Source: Spirochaetota bacterium (GTDB taxonomy: Bacteria; Spirochaetota; B62-G9). Taken from it: a stretch of DNA of 53,494 bases. The translations under genes and the position numbers were made by a program. The DNA lies in contig QNBN01000001.1 in NCBI GenBank assembly GCA_003645695.1, forward strand, positions 1 through 53,494. The letters run 5' to 3'. Below, piece by piece: positions 34,702 to 44,982 of the stretch. Below the pieces are notes generated by a model. The model was not told the origin of the DNA. It worked only from the letters and a program-made list of their open reading frames with translations, and searched no databases. Each line of letters begins with the position of its first letter. Within the stretch, counting starts at the first letter, position 1.

Positions 34702-35358
34702 TTACAGGTTAATATTTTCGTTTCTTATCACCTTTGCAGCTCCTTTTAGTTCATCTATAAGCTCGCTTAAATACTGGTTGTACTGCCGCTGCAACAATTG
34801 CATTCTAATCTGCTGACGGGCTACATCAATATCAACACCTGTAAATAGCTTTTTATTCTGATTGTATATCGCCTCAATCTCCTGGTCAGATGGTTCTCTA
34901 AGTTTTGGTTCTATCTTATCATTTAAATAAACCTGTATAATTGCCCTTCTTGTCACAGCCTTTAAAAGATCCTTTACAAAAGGTTTTTTATCATATCCTT
35001 CTGCTATAGCCTTCTTATAGATCAGATACTCATTTATAAGATTCGATAAAAACTTCTTTTTATTTGCTTCACTTTTTTTATATTGTGCCTTTTGCTTGGG
35101 ATCAGCAGGTAATGAATATACATGGACAGAAAATTCTCTTTCAAATTCATCCAGAGTAATTATAGTGCTGTCAATTTTAACAACCCATGTTCTCGTACTT
35201 CCTCTGCCTTTAGTTTTTGACTTTGTTTGATTCGTGGCCTGTGCAATAACAAATGAATCATTGGCCATAGCAGTTTTGGTTGTTACCACATATCTATCAA
35301 TAAAGACACCGGTTAAAATAAAAAACATTGCAAATAAAAAATAATACCACTTTTTCAT
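34702..35358 (-). CDS. Periplasmic SurA-N-terminal-domain-like chaperone (no PPIase domain seen)
   Basis: 218 aa. N-terminal signal anchor; helical domain resembling the SurA/PpiD N-terminal chaperone fold (ITLDEFEREF..., LINEYLIYKKAIAEGYDK). Confidence 0.45.
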   Translation of the reverse strand: MKKWYYFLFAMFFILTGVFIDRYVVTTKTAMANDSFVIAQATNQTKSKTKGRGSTRTWVVKIDSTIITLDEFEREFSVHVYSLPADPKQKAQYKKSEANKKKFLSNLINEYLIYKKAIAEGYDKKPFVKDLLKAVTRRAIIQVYLNDKIEPKLREPSDQEIEAIYNQNKKLFTGVDIDVARQQIRMQLLQRQYNQYLSELIDELKGAAKVIRNENINL

Positions 35359-35435
35359 CTTATTTCCTTTAATATTTAATTTTATTACTAACTAATCTAA
35401 TTACTTATATATTCAAAAACAATATAATTTTTAGC

Positions 35436-36650
35436 CTACAGAATAGCAATATCCTCAGGATATTTATTTAATGCTTCAATACTACCATCTTTCACCAGGT
35501 AGGTTGTCTCATATCCTGCAGCTCCATCCTCAAAAATAAACTTAGGTTCAAGAGCTATTACCATACCGGATTTTATAGTTTCATCAAACCTATCAGTAAT
35601 TACGGGAATCTCATCCAATTCTAAACCTATACCATGGCCGATAAACTTAACCCCACCCATAAAATAGCTCGCATATTCACTCTTATCTACATAACTCCGG
35701 ATGGATTTTGTTATCTCCTGTACATTTGCACCATTTATAGACATATCCTTGAAGATCTTATGACACTCTTTTGAAATCTTATGGGCTTTGATAAATTTGT
35801 CCTTTAAACTAGAAATTGCAAACACTCTCGTACAATCAGAATTATACCCTTTATAATTCATTACCAGATCTATCATAATCGGCTCATTTTTTTTGATTTT
35901 TCTTGCTCCTGCACCACCCGGAAATGCATAGGTAACCCCCGTTCCACCAGCTGAAGGTGAATCCATATAGGACTGCCTAAACACACTTGGGCCACTTAGT
36001 ATGTATTTCTGGATTGCCTCCATATTGTACTGTCTTGTTCTAATACACGGGCTCGATTCTCTTTCTACAATTAATTTAACATATTCAGGAAGTAAATCCT
36101 TTTCGCTTACACCAGGTTTAATCAAGTCCCTCATCTTAAACATAACTTCATCAACTCTTTTTCCTGCTTCCCTCAACAGTTCTACTTCAAATTCAGATTT
36201 AATCATTCTTAACTTTTTTATATCCACTGAGATATCATGTATCTCAGATTGAGAAAAGAGGTCTTTGAATTTTAGAAACAAAAATGCAGGGATAACGTCC
36301 AATTCGAGCCCCAACTTTTTTACTTTAATTCCATTATTTTTTATGTAATCCAACACTGTTTTCGTTCCGTAATAGGGTTCTATACCTTTCAGAGGTGATT
36401 CTTCGACCGCGCTTTCTAATGTTCTCCTAACAAAGAGTTTTACGCCTTTCTCCCTTGATACCAGCAAGACCCCATTTTGCATTGTACCCGTAAAGTAATA
36501 TCTATCAACATTATGAACAATAATCGAAAGATCAACATCGTTTTTTTCCATGTTTCTGATAAGTTTTTCTATTCTTTTTTCAATTTCCTCACCAGGAACT
36601 TCGGGAGTTTCAGGCAATTCTTCATCTGGCAATTCATATATCTTCTTCAT
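35436..36650 (-). CDS. M24-family Xaa-Pro aminopeptidase/dipeptidase
   Basis: Creatinase/prolidase N-domain followed by the pita-bread fold, with metal ligands in context (DLVMNYKGYNSD, HGIGLELDE, ALEP). The ATG at 36650 follows AAGGAG. Confidence 0.82.
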   Translation of the reverse strand: MKKIYELPDEELPETPEVPGEEIEKRIEKLIRNMEKNDVDLSIIVHNVDRYYFTGTMQNGVLLVSREKGVKLFVRRTLESAVEESPLKGIEPYYGTKTVLDYIKNNGIKVKKLGLELDVIPAFLFLKFKDLFSQSEIHDISVDIKKLRMIKSEFEVELLREAGKRVDEVMFKMRDLIKPGVSEKDLLPEYVKLIVERESSPCIRTRQYNMEAIQKYILSGPSVFRQSYMDSPSAGGTGVTYAFPGGAGARKIKKNEPIMIDLVMNYKGYNSDCTRVFAISSLKDKFIKAHKISKECHKIFKDMSINGANVQEITKSIRSYVDKSEYASYFMGGVKFIGHGIGLELDEIPVITDRFDETIKSGMVIALEPKFIFEDGAAGYETTYLVKDGSIEALNKYPEDIAIL

Positions 36651-39600
36651 AATCAAACAGCTCCTTTAAAAATTCGAATTTAGCCCTGTTATCAGGGATT
36701 GATTTATAAATATAGAGTGTATTATAGTCCTTTGGTGAGATACTGAATATACTCCTATCTTCATTAATCTTTTTAATAAGATTTAAAATATTAATTCTGC
36801 TTTTTTCGAAGGTGACCTGTATTTCATTTTCCTTCTCCCTCAAATACCTTATCCCAACTTCCTTACATAGAATTCTTATTTTAACGACATCAATTAGATT
36901 CTCAAAAGATTCAGGTATCCTACCAAATCTATCAATTACTTCCTCAATTAAAGCATTAAGCTCACTACAGTTCCTCACAGAGGCCAATCTTTTATAGATC
37001 TCAATCCTTAGTTTCTCACTCTGTATAAACTCCCTGGGAATAAATCCTCGGTATTTTAAATCTAAAACAGGTTCTATCTCTTCCTGATACGCTTCCCCCT
37101 CTTTCAACTTTCTTATTGCTTCATCAAGCAACTTAACATACATTTCAAACCCAACCGCAAGAATATCGCCATGCTGTTCTCTACCTAATATATTACCCGC
37201 TCCCCTTATTTCAAGATCTTTCATTGCAATCGCAAACCCAGAGCCAAGTTCTGTGTAATCATTTATTACCGAGAGTCTTTTCTCAGCTTTTTCTCCAATT
37301 ATTCTTCCCGGAGGATATAGTAGATATGCATAAGCCTTCCTCGATGATCTCCCCACCCTCCCTCTCAGTTGATAGAGTTGAGCCAGTCCAAATCTATCAG
37401 CCCTTTCAATTATAATTGTATTAACATTAGGAATATCGAGCCCTGATTCAATAATTGTTGTTGATACAAGAACCTGAAATTCCATATCAAAAAAGGATTT
37501 CATAACCTGTTCTAATTCATCCTCATCCATTCTCCCATGGGCAACTTCAAAACTTACCTCCGGCATCAGTCGTCTTAGATGTTCAGCCTTCTCATCTATA
37601 GTTCTAATCCGATTATGAACATAGTAAACCTGACCTCCTCTTTCAATTTCTCTTCTGATGGCCTGTACAATAATATCGTCATTATGCTCAACAACATATG
37701 TTTCAATCGGAACCCGATCCTGGGGAGGGGTTTCAATTATGCTCATATCCCTAATCTGAGTCATGGACATATACAGAGTTCTGGGTATGGGAGTTGCTGT
37801 CATTGTTATCACATCTACCAGTTTTCTGAGCTGTTTAAATCTTTCCTTATGTTCTACCCCAAATCGCTGTTCTTCATCAATTATAACAAGGCCAAGGTCT
37901 TTAAATTGTATATCTTTCTGAATTAATCGATGGGTCCCGATTACGATGTCAATAAGTCCATTTTTAAGATTTTCAATTATCTGCTTTTGCTCTTTTAAGG
38001 TTCTAAACCTCGACAGCATTTCAATATTAACTGGATAAAGTGAAAATCTCTCATTAAATGTATTTAAATGTTGCTCTGCAAGTATTGTAGTAGGTACAAG
38101 AACTGCCACCTGTTTTCCATCCATAACAGCCTTAAACGCAGCCCTTATGGCAACTTCTGTTTTTCCAAATCCCACATCTCCACAAATAAGTCGATCCATT
38201 GGTTTTTCACTCTCCATATCTCTCTTTACTTCTTGAATAGTTCTTATCTGATCAGGGGTTTCTTCGTATCTAAAGCCGGATTCAAACTCGTATTGCCATT
38301 CAGTATCTTTTGAAAAAGCATGTCCTTTCAGCGATTCCCTAACAGAATAAATTTCCAGAAGTTCGTTAGCAAGGTTCTTAACCGATTTTTTAACATGGTC
38401 TTTAACCTTTTTCCATGTTTCAGAACCTATCTTATCAATCCTTGGTTTCCTGCCCTGATAACCAACATACTTTTGAAGAAGATTTATTTGATCAACAGGG
38501 ATAAAAATTTCATCCCCATCCCTATACTCTATTTTTACAAAATCTTTTTCAGTACCTCCACTATTCAACCTTTCAATCCCCCTATAAATACCGATACCAT
38601 GTTCAATATGAACAATGTAATCCCCTTCATTAATATCCATAATACCTTCAATAGGCATTGATCTACTTTTTACAAAGACGGATTTATTTCTTTTTTTTCT
38701 GTTGAAAACTTCCCTATCGAGGATTACTAATAGTTTCATATCCCTGGATAAAAATCCTTCAGTTAAATCAACCGTTATAACATGCAGTTTATCGTATTTT
38801 TTCAGAGGAACTTTTAAAATCTCCTTCAATCTCTCCGTCTGGCCTTCATAGTTTGCACCAACAACAACAGTGTATCCTTCTTCTAGAAACTTCGAGATCT
38901 CTTCTTTAAATATATTTAACCTGCCCATATATCCTCGTTTTTCAAGAAAACCAAAATCTATTTTGTTGATATTATCAGAGGCAAGATTAACTATATTGAT
39001 GTAACTTTTAAGCTTTCCCAGCTCCCTTTCAATAGGCACAATTACACTTTCTGGCCTTGTAAGATATCTTGTTTTATTTTCTTCATATATCCTCTTTGCT
39101 TCATTAAAATAGAAATCTCCCTGTCTTTTACACTCATCAAATGAATTGAATATAATAAGATTTTCCTTGTTACTACTGAATATATAATCAAGAAGACTTG
39201 AAGGTGAATCATAGAGTATAGCCATAAAGTTATCATTTGCCACATTGGATAATCTAAAATCAATAATTTCATCTATAACTTCATCAGGCAGAGCACCTGA
39301 CATTGTTCTTACTCTATCTTCGACCTCGCTATCAATTATAATCTCACTTGCAGGGATGCATAAAACACTGTCTATCTCATCTTTCGATCGCTGAGTTTCA
39401 GGAGAAAAGGTCCTGATTGACTCAATCTCTGTATCAAAAAACTCAATTCTATATGGAAGATAATTTCCCGGTATAAAAATATCTACTATATCACCTCTTA
39501 TTGAAAACTCACCATAGTCACAAACTCTATCCACCCTTTCATATCCGAGGGCAGTTAATTTCTCAGCTATCAGGCTAAAATTGTATGTATCACCTTTTTT

Positions 39601-40029
39601 AAAATCGAAGATAGAAGCCTTATATTTCTCTATCGGAATATAATAATCAACTAGACTCCTTACCGGTATAACAAAAATTGATCTTTTGCCTGAAAGCATC
39701 ACATTTAGCGCAACAACCCTCTTTGCTATTAACTCCTTATGAGGAGGAGATGTATCATAGGGAAGAGTCTCTTTCGATGGTAAAATATGTAATTCAATAT
39801 CTTCTGCAAATGCCTTTATATCTCCATAAATATCTGATGCTTCTCTATTATTTTTCACCATGATAAAAATACTACTTTCTATCCTTCTGAATAGTGATGT
39901 TAAAAATAGAGCCTTGCTTGAACCGGGAAGGCCCTCAACTGTTAACACATTACCATTAATTCTTTTTAATATCTCACTTAAATCAAACTTTTTCTCGAAT
40001 ACTTTATTTATCTTCCTCAATAATTCCAT
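36634..40029 (-). CDS. mfd: Transcription-repair coupling factor
   Basis: 1131 aa. UvrB-homology N-terminus, CarD-like RNAP-interacting domain (DYIVHIEHGIGIY), SF2 translocase motifs (GDVGFGKTEVA, DEEQRFG, TATPIPRT, QLRGRVGR), and a TRG/C-terminal domain. Confidence 0.95.
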   Translation of the reverse strand: MELLRKINKVFEKKFDLSEILKRINGNVLTVEGLPGSSKALFLTSLFRRIESSIFIMVKNNREASDIYGDIKAFAEDIELHILPSKETLPYDTSPPHKELIAKRVVALNVMLSGKRSIFVIPVRSLVDYYIPIEKYKASIFDFKKGDTYNFSLIAEKLTALGYERVDRVCDYGEFSIRGDIVDIFIPGNYLPYRIEFFDTEIESIRTFSPETQRSKDEIDSVLCIPASEIIIDSEVEDRVRTMSGALPDEVIDEIIDFRLSNVANDNFMAILYDSPSSLLDYIFSSNKENLIIFNSFDECKRQGDFYFNEAKRIYEENKTRYLTRPESVIVPIERELGKLKSYINIVNLASDNINKIDFGFLEKRGYMGRLNIFKEEISKFLEEGYTVVVGANYEGQTERLKEILKVPLKKYDKLHVITVDLTEGFLSRDMKLLVILDREVFNRKKRNKSVFVKSRSMPIEGIMDINEGDYIVHIEHGIGIYRGIERLNSGGTEKDFVKIEYRDGDEIFIPVDQINLLQKYVGYQGRKPRIDKIGSETWKKVKDHVKKSVKNLANELLEIYSVRESLKGHAFSKDTEWQYEFESGFRYEETPDQIRTIQEVKRDMESEKPMDRLICGDVGFGKTEVAIRAAFKAVMDGKQVAVLVPTTILAEQHLNTFNERFSLYPVNIEMLSRFRTLKEQKQIIENLKNGLIDIVIGTHRLIQKDIQFKDLGLVIIDEEQRFGVEHKERFKQLRKLVDVITMTATPIPRTLYMSMTQIRDMSIIETPPQDRVPIETYVVEHNDDIIVQAIRREIERGGQVYYVHNRIRTIDEKAEHLRRLMPEVSFEVAHGRMDEDELEQVMKSFFDMEFQVLVSTTIIESGLDIPNVNTIIIERADRFGLAQLYQLRGRVGRSSRKAYAYLLYPPGRIIGEKAEKRLSVINDYTELGSGFAIAMKDLEIRGAGNILGREQHGDILAVGFEMYVKLLDEAIRKLKEGEAYQEEIEPVLDLKYRGFIPREFIQSEKLRIEIYKRLASVRNCSELNALIEEVIDRFGRIPESFENLIDVVKIRILCKEVGIRYLREKENEIQVTFEKSRINILNLIKKINEDRSIFSISPKDYNTLYIYKSIPDNRAKFEFLKELFDYEEDI

Positions 40030-40179
40030 GGCTATTTCACGTTATATAGTTTCTTCTTTCAGAGTTAACTTAATAAAATATTCCATGATTGACCATATTT
40101 GCAGATGATACCCAGAAAATAAAATAGAACCTGTATAAAACTTTTCAGCATTCAATATTACAGTATTCTGAATTATAAT

Positions 40180-40241
40180 AATAAAATGATTTTATATGCA
40201 TCACTCAACAATTTTGCCGTATGATTATAAATCATTTTATT
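40180..40241. repeat. 13-bp perfect inverted repeat upstream of mfd
   Basis: AATAAAATGATTT (40180-40192) pairs with AAATCATTTTATT (40229-40241). An alternative local palindrome, ATGATT-ATA-AATCAT, uses the right arm. Confidence 0.5.
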
Positions 40242-40441
40242 TGTAATTTTTGTGGCCTGAAATTCATAAAGGATTAAAAGAATTGTCATAATCTATAAAA
40301 CAACTATCGTTTATCAATAAATATAAAGTTTTCTATTATGATTGGAAGTTTACTTGCCTGTTACATTTATAGAATTTTGATCCAAGGTAGGAATAACGGA
40401 TAGAAAAATAAGGTTTTTAGCACAATCAAAATTTTAATTGC

Positions 40442-40813
40442 TTATTTTTTCATCTTACTCAACTCTTTATCATACAGGTCAAAAATCTCTCTTGCTTTTC
40501 TTAAAAATTGTGGATTTAGTTCGACATACATCAATCCTTTATCTTTGATCTCTCTAATAAGGTTTTCAGCCTTTACCTCCAATTTAACTATTGCATTATT
40601 CTCGGGATAAGAATCTACAATGCTGTATTTTTTTTCCTTCTTTAATTCCCTAACAATTGTTATTAAATCTTCAAGAGTTTTTATATTCCTGTCAGATGAA
40701 TCAAACAGTAATTGTGGAGTGCCAAACCTCTCAGCATTCATTGAAGTTTCTCTGAATTTATTAGCAGTTATTTTATAGTTGTAGTTCAAGTTTCCCCTAA
40801 CATCCTCTATCAT
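40442..40813 (-). CDS. Hypothetical protein (about 123 aa)
   Basis: ORF with an ATG at 40813 preceded by GGAGAA; the track TTG at 40834 is less likely. No motif recognised. Confidence 0.5.
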   Translation of the reverse strand: MIEDVRGNLNYNYKITANKFRETSMNAERFGTPQLLFDSSDRNIKTLEDLITIVRELKKEKKYSIVDSYPENNAIVKLEVKAENLIREIKDKGLMYVELNPQFLRKAREIFDLYDKELSKMKK

Positions 40814-40964
40814 CAATTTCTCCGTTGCCGACAAAAATTATTTGGTTACTTTTTGAATTGAAGTTATACTTTCTTTACTGATAATAATAGCGCAATTGAA
40901 AAATAATTCAAGCAAATTTTTATCTCTTTTAACGCTATTCTAAAAATTATTAGATATAACAAAA

Positions 40965-41825
40965 ATGGTTAAAATAAAAGGCAAATTATCAAAAAAATTA
41001 ATATCTTCATTAATATTTATACTTATTTTAGTAGTTATAATTTTTATTATTTATCATAGAAAGCAAAAAAAGATAGTTCCTACCCCTTATGTTGGAAAGG
41101 TAGAGAAAAGAAAAAAGATCATAAAGGCAAAGAAAAGGCCCATAGTTCCCTATCCAAGAATTGCTGTAATTATTGATGATGTCGGATATCCGGTTTCAGC
41201 TTTTAACAGGTATCTAAATTTCAAAGGAAAATTAACATTTTCCGTTTTACCTCATCTACCAGGGACTAAAAAGTATGCAAAAAAATTAAATAAAAAAGGT
41301 TTTGAAATAATGATTCATATACCTATGGAACCAATAAATTACCCAAAGATTAATCCAGGACCCGGTGCCTTATTTATAATAGATAATGTACAAACAATTA
41401 ATGAAAAAATTAAAAGCATGATAGATGAAAACCAATGGGCCATAGGAGCCAACAACCACATGGGTTCAAAACTCACACAAGATTGCAAAAAAATGAGTAT
41501 TATTCTTAAAACATTAAAGAAAAATAATCTCTTTTTTATAGATAGTGTTACAACAAAAAATTCATGTGCCTATAGAGAAGCTATTAAATTAAAGGTCCCT
41601 GCTTTAAAGAGAGATATCTTTTTGGATAACAAAAATGATTATGGATACATAAAATCTCAATTTCTAAAATTAATCGGCATTGCAGAATCCAGAGGTTATG
41701 CCATTGGCATTGGGCATATACAAAATATACAAACTATTAGAGTACTAAACTCAATGTATGACAACATAGAAAAATATAGATTTCATTTTGCATTCGCATC
41801 AGAGGTGCTTTCCTCTAATAATTGA
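40965..41825 (+). CDS. Divergent polysaccharide deacetylase family protein (YibQ-like)
   Basis: 286 aa. N-terminal TM anchor, then IAVIIDDVGY, HIPMEP, NNHMGS, which are blocks typical of the YibQ family. Confidence 0.78.
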   Translation: MVKIKGKLSKKLISSLIFILILVVIIFIIYHRKQKKIVPTPYVGKVEKRKKIIKAKKRPIVPYPRIAVIIDDVGYPVSAFNRYLNFKGKLTFSVLPHLPGTKKYAKKLNKKGFEIMIHIPMEPINYPKINPGPGALFIIDNVQTINEKIKSMIDENQWAIGANNHMGSKLTQDCKKMSIILKTLKKNNLFFIDSVTTKNSCAYREAIKLKVPALKRDIFLDNKNDYGYIKSQFLKLIGIAESRGYAIGIGHIQNIQTIRVLNSMYDNIEKYRFHFAFASEVLSSNN

Positions 41826-41878
41826 CTTTTAGGCCATTTATCTATATCCTTATCTGAAAAGTATGGGAGATAGAAGGT

Positions 41879-42907
41879 TTGCTTATTCTGGGGATAGAAA
41901 CAACCTGTGATGAAACTTCGGTTTCTGTTGTAAAGGATGGAATTGGAGTCCAGAGTAATGTTGTTGCAACACAGTTCGAATTTCATGAAAAATACGCAGG
42001 AGTAGTTCCAGAAATAGCTTCGAGAAGACATCAGGAGGTAATAAACTACGTAATTGAAGATTCTTTAAATGAAGCTGGTATTAATTTTAATGATATAGAT
42101 GCTATCGCAGTTGCATACTATCCAGGTCTGATTGGTTCACTTCTGGTTGGTGTAACTGTGGCAAAAACCTTGAGCTTTGCATTACAAAGACCGCTTATAG
42201 GAATCAATCACATTGAGGCACATCTTTACTCCATCCATTTTACCAACAATGTGGAATATCCTATAATAGGGTTTGTGCTTTCTGGGGGCCATACTCTTCT
42301 TATTATATCTGAAAAAATAGGGCATTATAGAATTTTGGGGAGTACAATTGATGATGCTATTGGTGAAGCCTTCGATAAAGTTTCAAAATATCTGGGTTTG
42401 GGCTACCCGGGAGGCCCTGCGATTGAAACTGCTGCAAAAAAGGGTGATGAAAACGCATATAGCTTTCCCAGGGTTATTCTCAATGGAGGTAGAGATAGAT
42501 ACAATTTTAGCTATAGTGGATTAAAAAATGCTGTTATAAACCAGAGGCACAAATTTTTAAACCCGGGATATAATGAGACTGCAGAGAATATTGCAGCCTC
42601 TTTTCAAGCTGCAGCCACCGATGTGATACTAACGAAAGCCTTATGGGCAGCGAAGGATCTTAATGTAAACAGGGTTGCTGTAACAGGGGGAGTAGCAAAT
42701 AATTCAAGAATAAGGAAAATTTTTCAAAAAGAAAAAAGACTGAAAACATACTTTCCCGATCCTCGTTTTACATCGGATAATGCAGCAATGGTTGCAGGGC
42801 TTGCATATCACAAATACCTTGAAGGCAAAATACACAATCTGGAACTTGAACCAATGTCCAGAATAAAATCTATTATAAAAGGCAAGAGGACAAAGAATGG
42901 GAATTGA
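41879..42907 (+). CDS. tsaD: tRNA N6-adenosine threonylcarbamoyltransferase
   Basis: ILGIETTCDETS N-terminus, INHIEAHL metal site, GGVANNS, SDNAAMVA. TTG start. Confidence 0.93.
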   Translation: MLILGIETTCDETSVSVVKDGIGVQSNVVATQFEFHEKYAGVVPEIASRRHQEVINYVIEDSLNEAGINFNDIDAIAVAYYPGLIGSLLVGVTVAKTLSFALQRPLIGINHIEAHLYSIHFTNNVEYPIIGFVLSGGHTLLIISEKIGHYRILGSTIDDAIGEAFDKVSKYLGLGYPGGPAIETAAKKGDENAYSFPRVILNGGRDRYNFSYSGLKNAVINQRHKFLNPGYNETAENIAASFQAAATDVILTKALWAAKDLNVNRVAVTGGVANNSRIRKIFQKEKRLKTYFPDPRFTSDNAAMVAGLAYHKYLEGKIHNLELEPMSRIKSIIKGKRTKNGN

Positions 42908-44351
42908 TGAGAGAGATGTAAGATTACAAAAACTAAAGGAACTCAGGGAGATTGGGGAGAATCCCTATAAAGAAAAATATAAAAGAACTCACAGCATGGC
43001 CAAAGCAAAAGAGCTTCCAATTGGAACTAAAAACGTGAGGATTGCAGGAAGAGTTATGGCCATCAGAATGTTTGGTCGTCTAATTTTTGCCACATTAAAG
43101 GATTTTTCCTCCACTATGCAAATTGCACTTCAGGAAAAGAATCTCGGAAAAGATCGTTTTAAGTTTTTTAAAAAATACGTAGATATTGGTGACTTTATTG
43201 GTGTAGAAGGCAGTATTTTTAAAACAAAGATGGGAGAAATAACTGTAGACACGGAGAGCTACGAACTGCTATCTAAAACTATTAGACCGCTACCAGAAAA
43301 GTGGCATGGCCTTTCAGATAAAGAACTATGCTACCGGCAGAGATACCTTGACCTGCTAATGAATAAAGAGACAATGGATCGCTTCATTACTCGTACAAAA
43401 ATCGTAAAAAGTATAAGAAGCTTTCTTGATAACAATGGATTTTATGAGGTTGAAACACCAGCACTCCAAACAAAACCTTCAGGAGCAATCGCTACCCCCT
43501 TTGTTACCCACCACAACGCATTGGATATAGACCTTTATTTGAGAATTGCCCCTGAAACATACCTTAAAAGGTGCATAGCAGGAGGATTTGAAAAGGTATA
43601 CGAGTTTGCAAGAAGTTTCAGGAACGAGGGCATGGATCCTTCACATCTACAGGATTTCACAATGCTTGAATATTATGTTGCTTACTGGAACTATCAGGAT
43701 AATATGGATTTTACCGAACTCATTATAAAAAACGTTTTGCAGGAGGTAAAGGGTTCATTGATCCTAAAACATGGTGAAGATACAATTGACTTTGGTGGTG
43801 AATGGGAAAGAAAAGACCTGCAAGAAATTATTTTGGATGACACTGGTATAGATATCTATCAGTACAAAGATGCAGATTCTATGAGAAAGGATATTATAAA
43901 GAAGGGCTATGAAATTCAGGACATTGAAAAAATGAGTTTTGGAACGCTTATTGATAATTTGTTTAAAAAGGTATCAAGGCCTAAGATACTGGGACCTCTT
44001 TTCGTTATTCATCATCCAATAGAACTTTCACCTCTTGCAAGAAAGAACGACAAAAATCCCAGAATTACCGATAGGTTTCAGCTCATTGTTAAAGGATGGG
44101 AAATAGTAAATGCCTACAGCGAATTAATTGACCCGGTAGATCAGAGGCAGAGGCTTGAAGAGCAGGCAAAACTGCACAGCCGGGGAGATACAGAGGCGAT
44201 GGTAATGGATGAAGATTTCCTAACTGCTATGGAACACGGCATGCCACCAATGTCTGGATGGGGTATGGGAATAGATAGATTTGTTGCGCTATTAACCAAC
44301 CAGGAGAATCTAAGGGATGTTGTTCTCTTTCCTTTGATGAAACCACTATGA
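42897..44351 (+). CDS. lysS: Lysine--tRNA ligase (class II)
   Basis: OB-fold N-domain (VRIAGRVMAIRMFGRLIFATLKD). Class II motifs: FRNEG, ELIDPVDQ, GMGIDRFV. An 11-nt overlap with tsaD. Confidence 0.95.
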   Translation: MGIDERDVRLQKLKELREIGENPYKEKYKRTHSMAKAKELPIGTKNVRIAGRVMAIRMFGRLIFATLKDFSSTMQIALQEKNLGKDRFKFFKKYVDIGDFIGVEGSIFKTKMGEITVDTESYELLSKTIRPLPEKWHGLSDKELCYRQRYLDLLMNKETMDRFITRTKIVKSIRSFLDNNGFYEVETPALQTKPSGAIATPFVTHHNALDIDLYLRIAPETYLKRCIAGGFEKVYEFARSFRNEGMDPSHLQDFTMLEYYVAYWNYQDNMDFTELIIKNVLQEVKGSLILKHGEDTIDFGGEWERKDLQEIILDDTGIDIYQYKDADSMRKDIIKKGYEIQDIEKMSFGTLIDNLFKKVSRPKILGPLFVIHHPIELSPLARKNDKNPRITDRFQLIVKGWEIVNAYSELIDPVDQRQRLEEQAKLHSRGDTEAMVMDEDFLTAMEHGMPPMSGWGMGIDRFVALLTNQENLRDVVLFPLMKPL

Positions 44352-44403
44352 TATACTGAATATTAGTTTATCGCTGAACAAAGCCATAAAAATAAAATAA
44401 GTT

Positions 44404-44679
44404 TTAGAAAGTAAAAAGCCCTTCAGCATCTATTATTAGGTCCACACTGCCTGGCGAGCTACTGTTGTAGAGACCCAGCGCATCAAGCTGAAGTGTTCCA
44501 AACTTTAATCTCCCATTTGCACCGAATATAACATTTTCAAAAAGAGAGCCACTCCCTAAATCGGAACCATTTTTAAAAAAGGCCCCACCGATTGCAACAT
44601 CAGAGAAGGCGAAAACCGGGATAATAAGAAAAACCAAACTACTACTTTTTCTAAAAATAACAGTATTCTTGCCAAGCAT
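44404..44679 (-). CDS. Possible small secreted/outer-membrane protein (91 aa)
   Basis: Signal-peptide-like N-terminus (LVFLIIPVFAFS), a G/S/F/L-rich beta-like body, and a terminal Phe. No family recognised, so it may not be a real gene. Confidence 0.3.
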   Translation of the reverse strand: MLGKNTVIFRKSSSLVFLIIPVFAFSDVAIGGAFFKNGSDLGSGSLFENVIFGANGRLKFGTLQLDALGLYNSSSPGSVDLIIDAEGLFTF

Positions 44680-44982
44680 TACATTCAGTGATAAATTTAT
44701 ATAAAAGAAAAATATAAATTAATTTTGTCCGAAGGAAAAATCTAAAAAAATTACAAAAACAATTGATGAAATCACTTAAACCCATTGTACCAACATTTAA
44801 AACAGAATGAAGATAAAACCACTTAGATGAGGTTCTAAATACACTCCATTACTGAGAGGAGTATTATTATTAAGAGCAACCTGATTATTTTTTATATCAA
44901 CTGTTTTCTGATTTAGATCATATGACACTTAGAAATTTTATGCTATAAATGGTATTATTAATCTTAGAGAGTTAAAGTAATA

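Noticed and set aside
40835-40964. Strand switch from mostly minus-strand genes on the left to plus-strand genes on the right, as a possible replication origin
   Set aside because: I found no DnaA-box-like TTATCCACA motifs or clusters here, no dnaA/dnaN nearby, and plus-strand genes also occur on the left. A whole-genome cumulative GC-skew plot would be needed to settle this.
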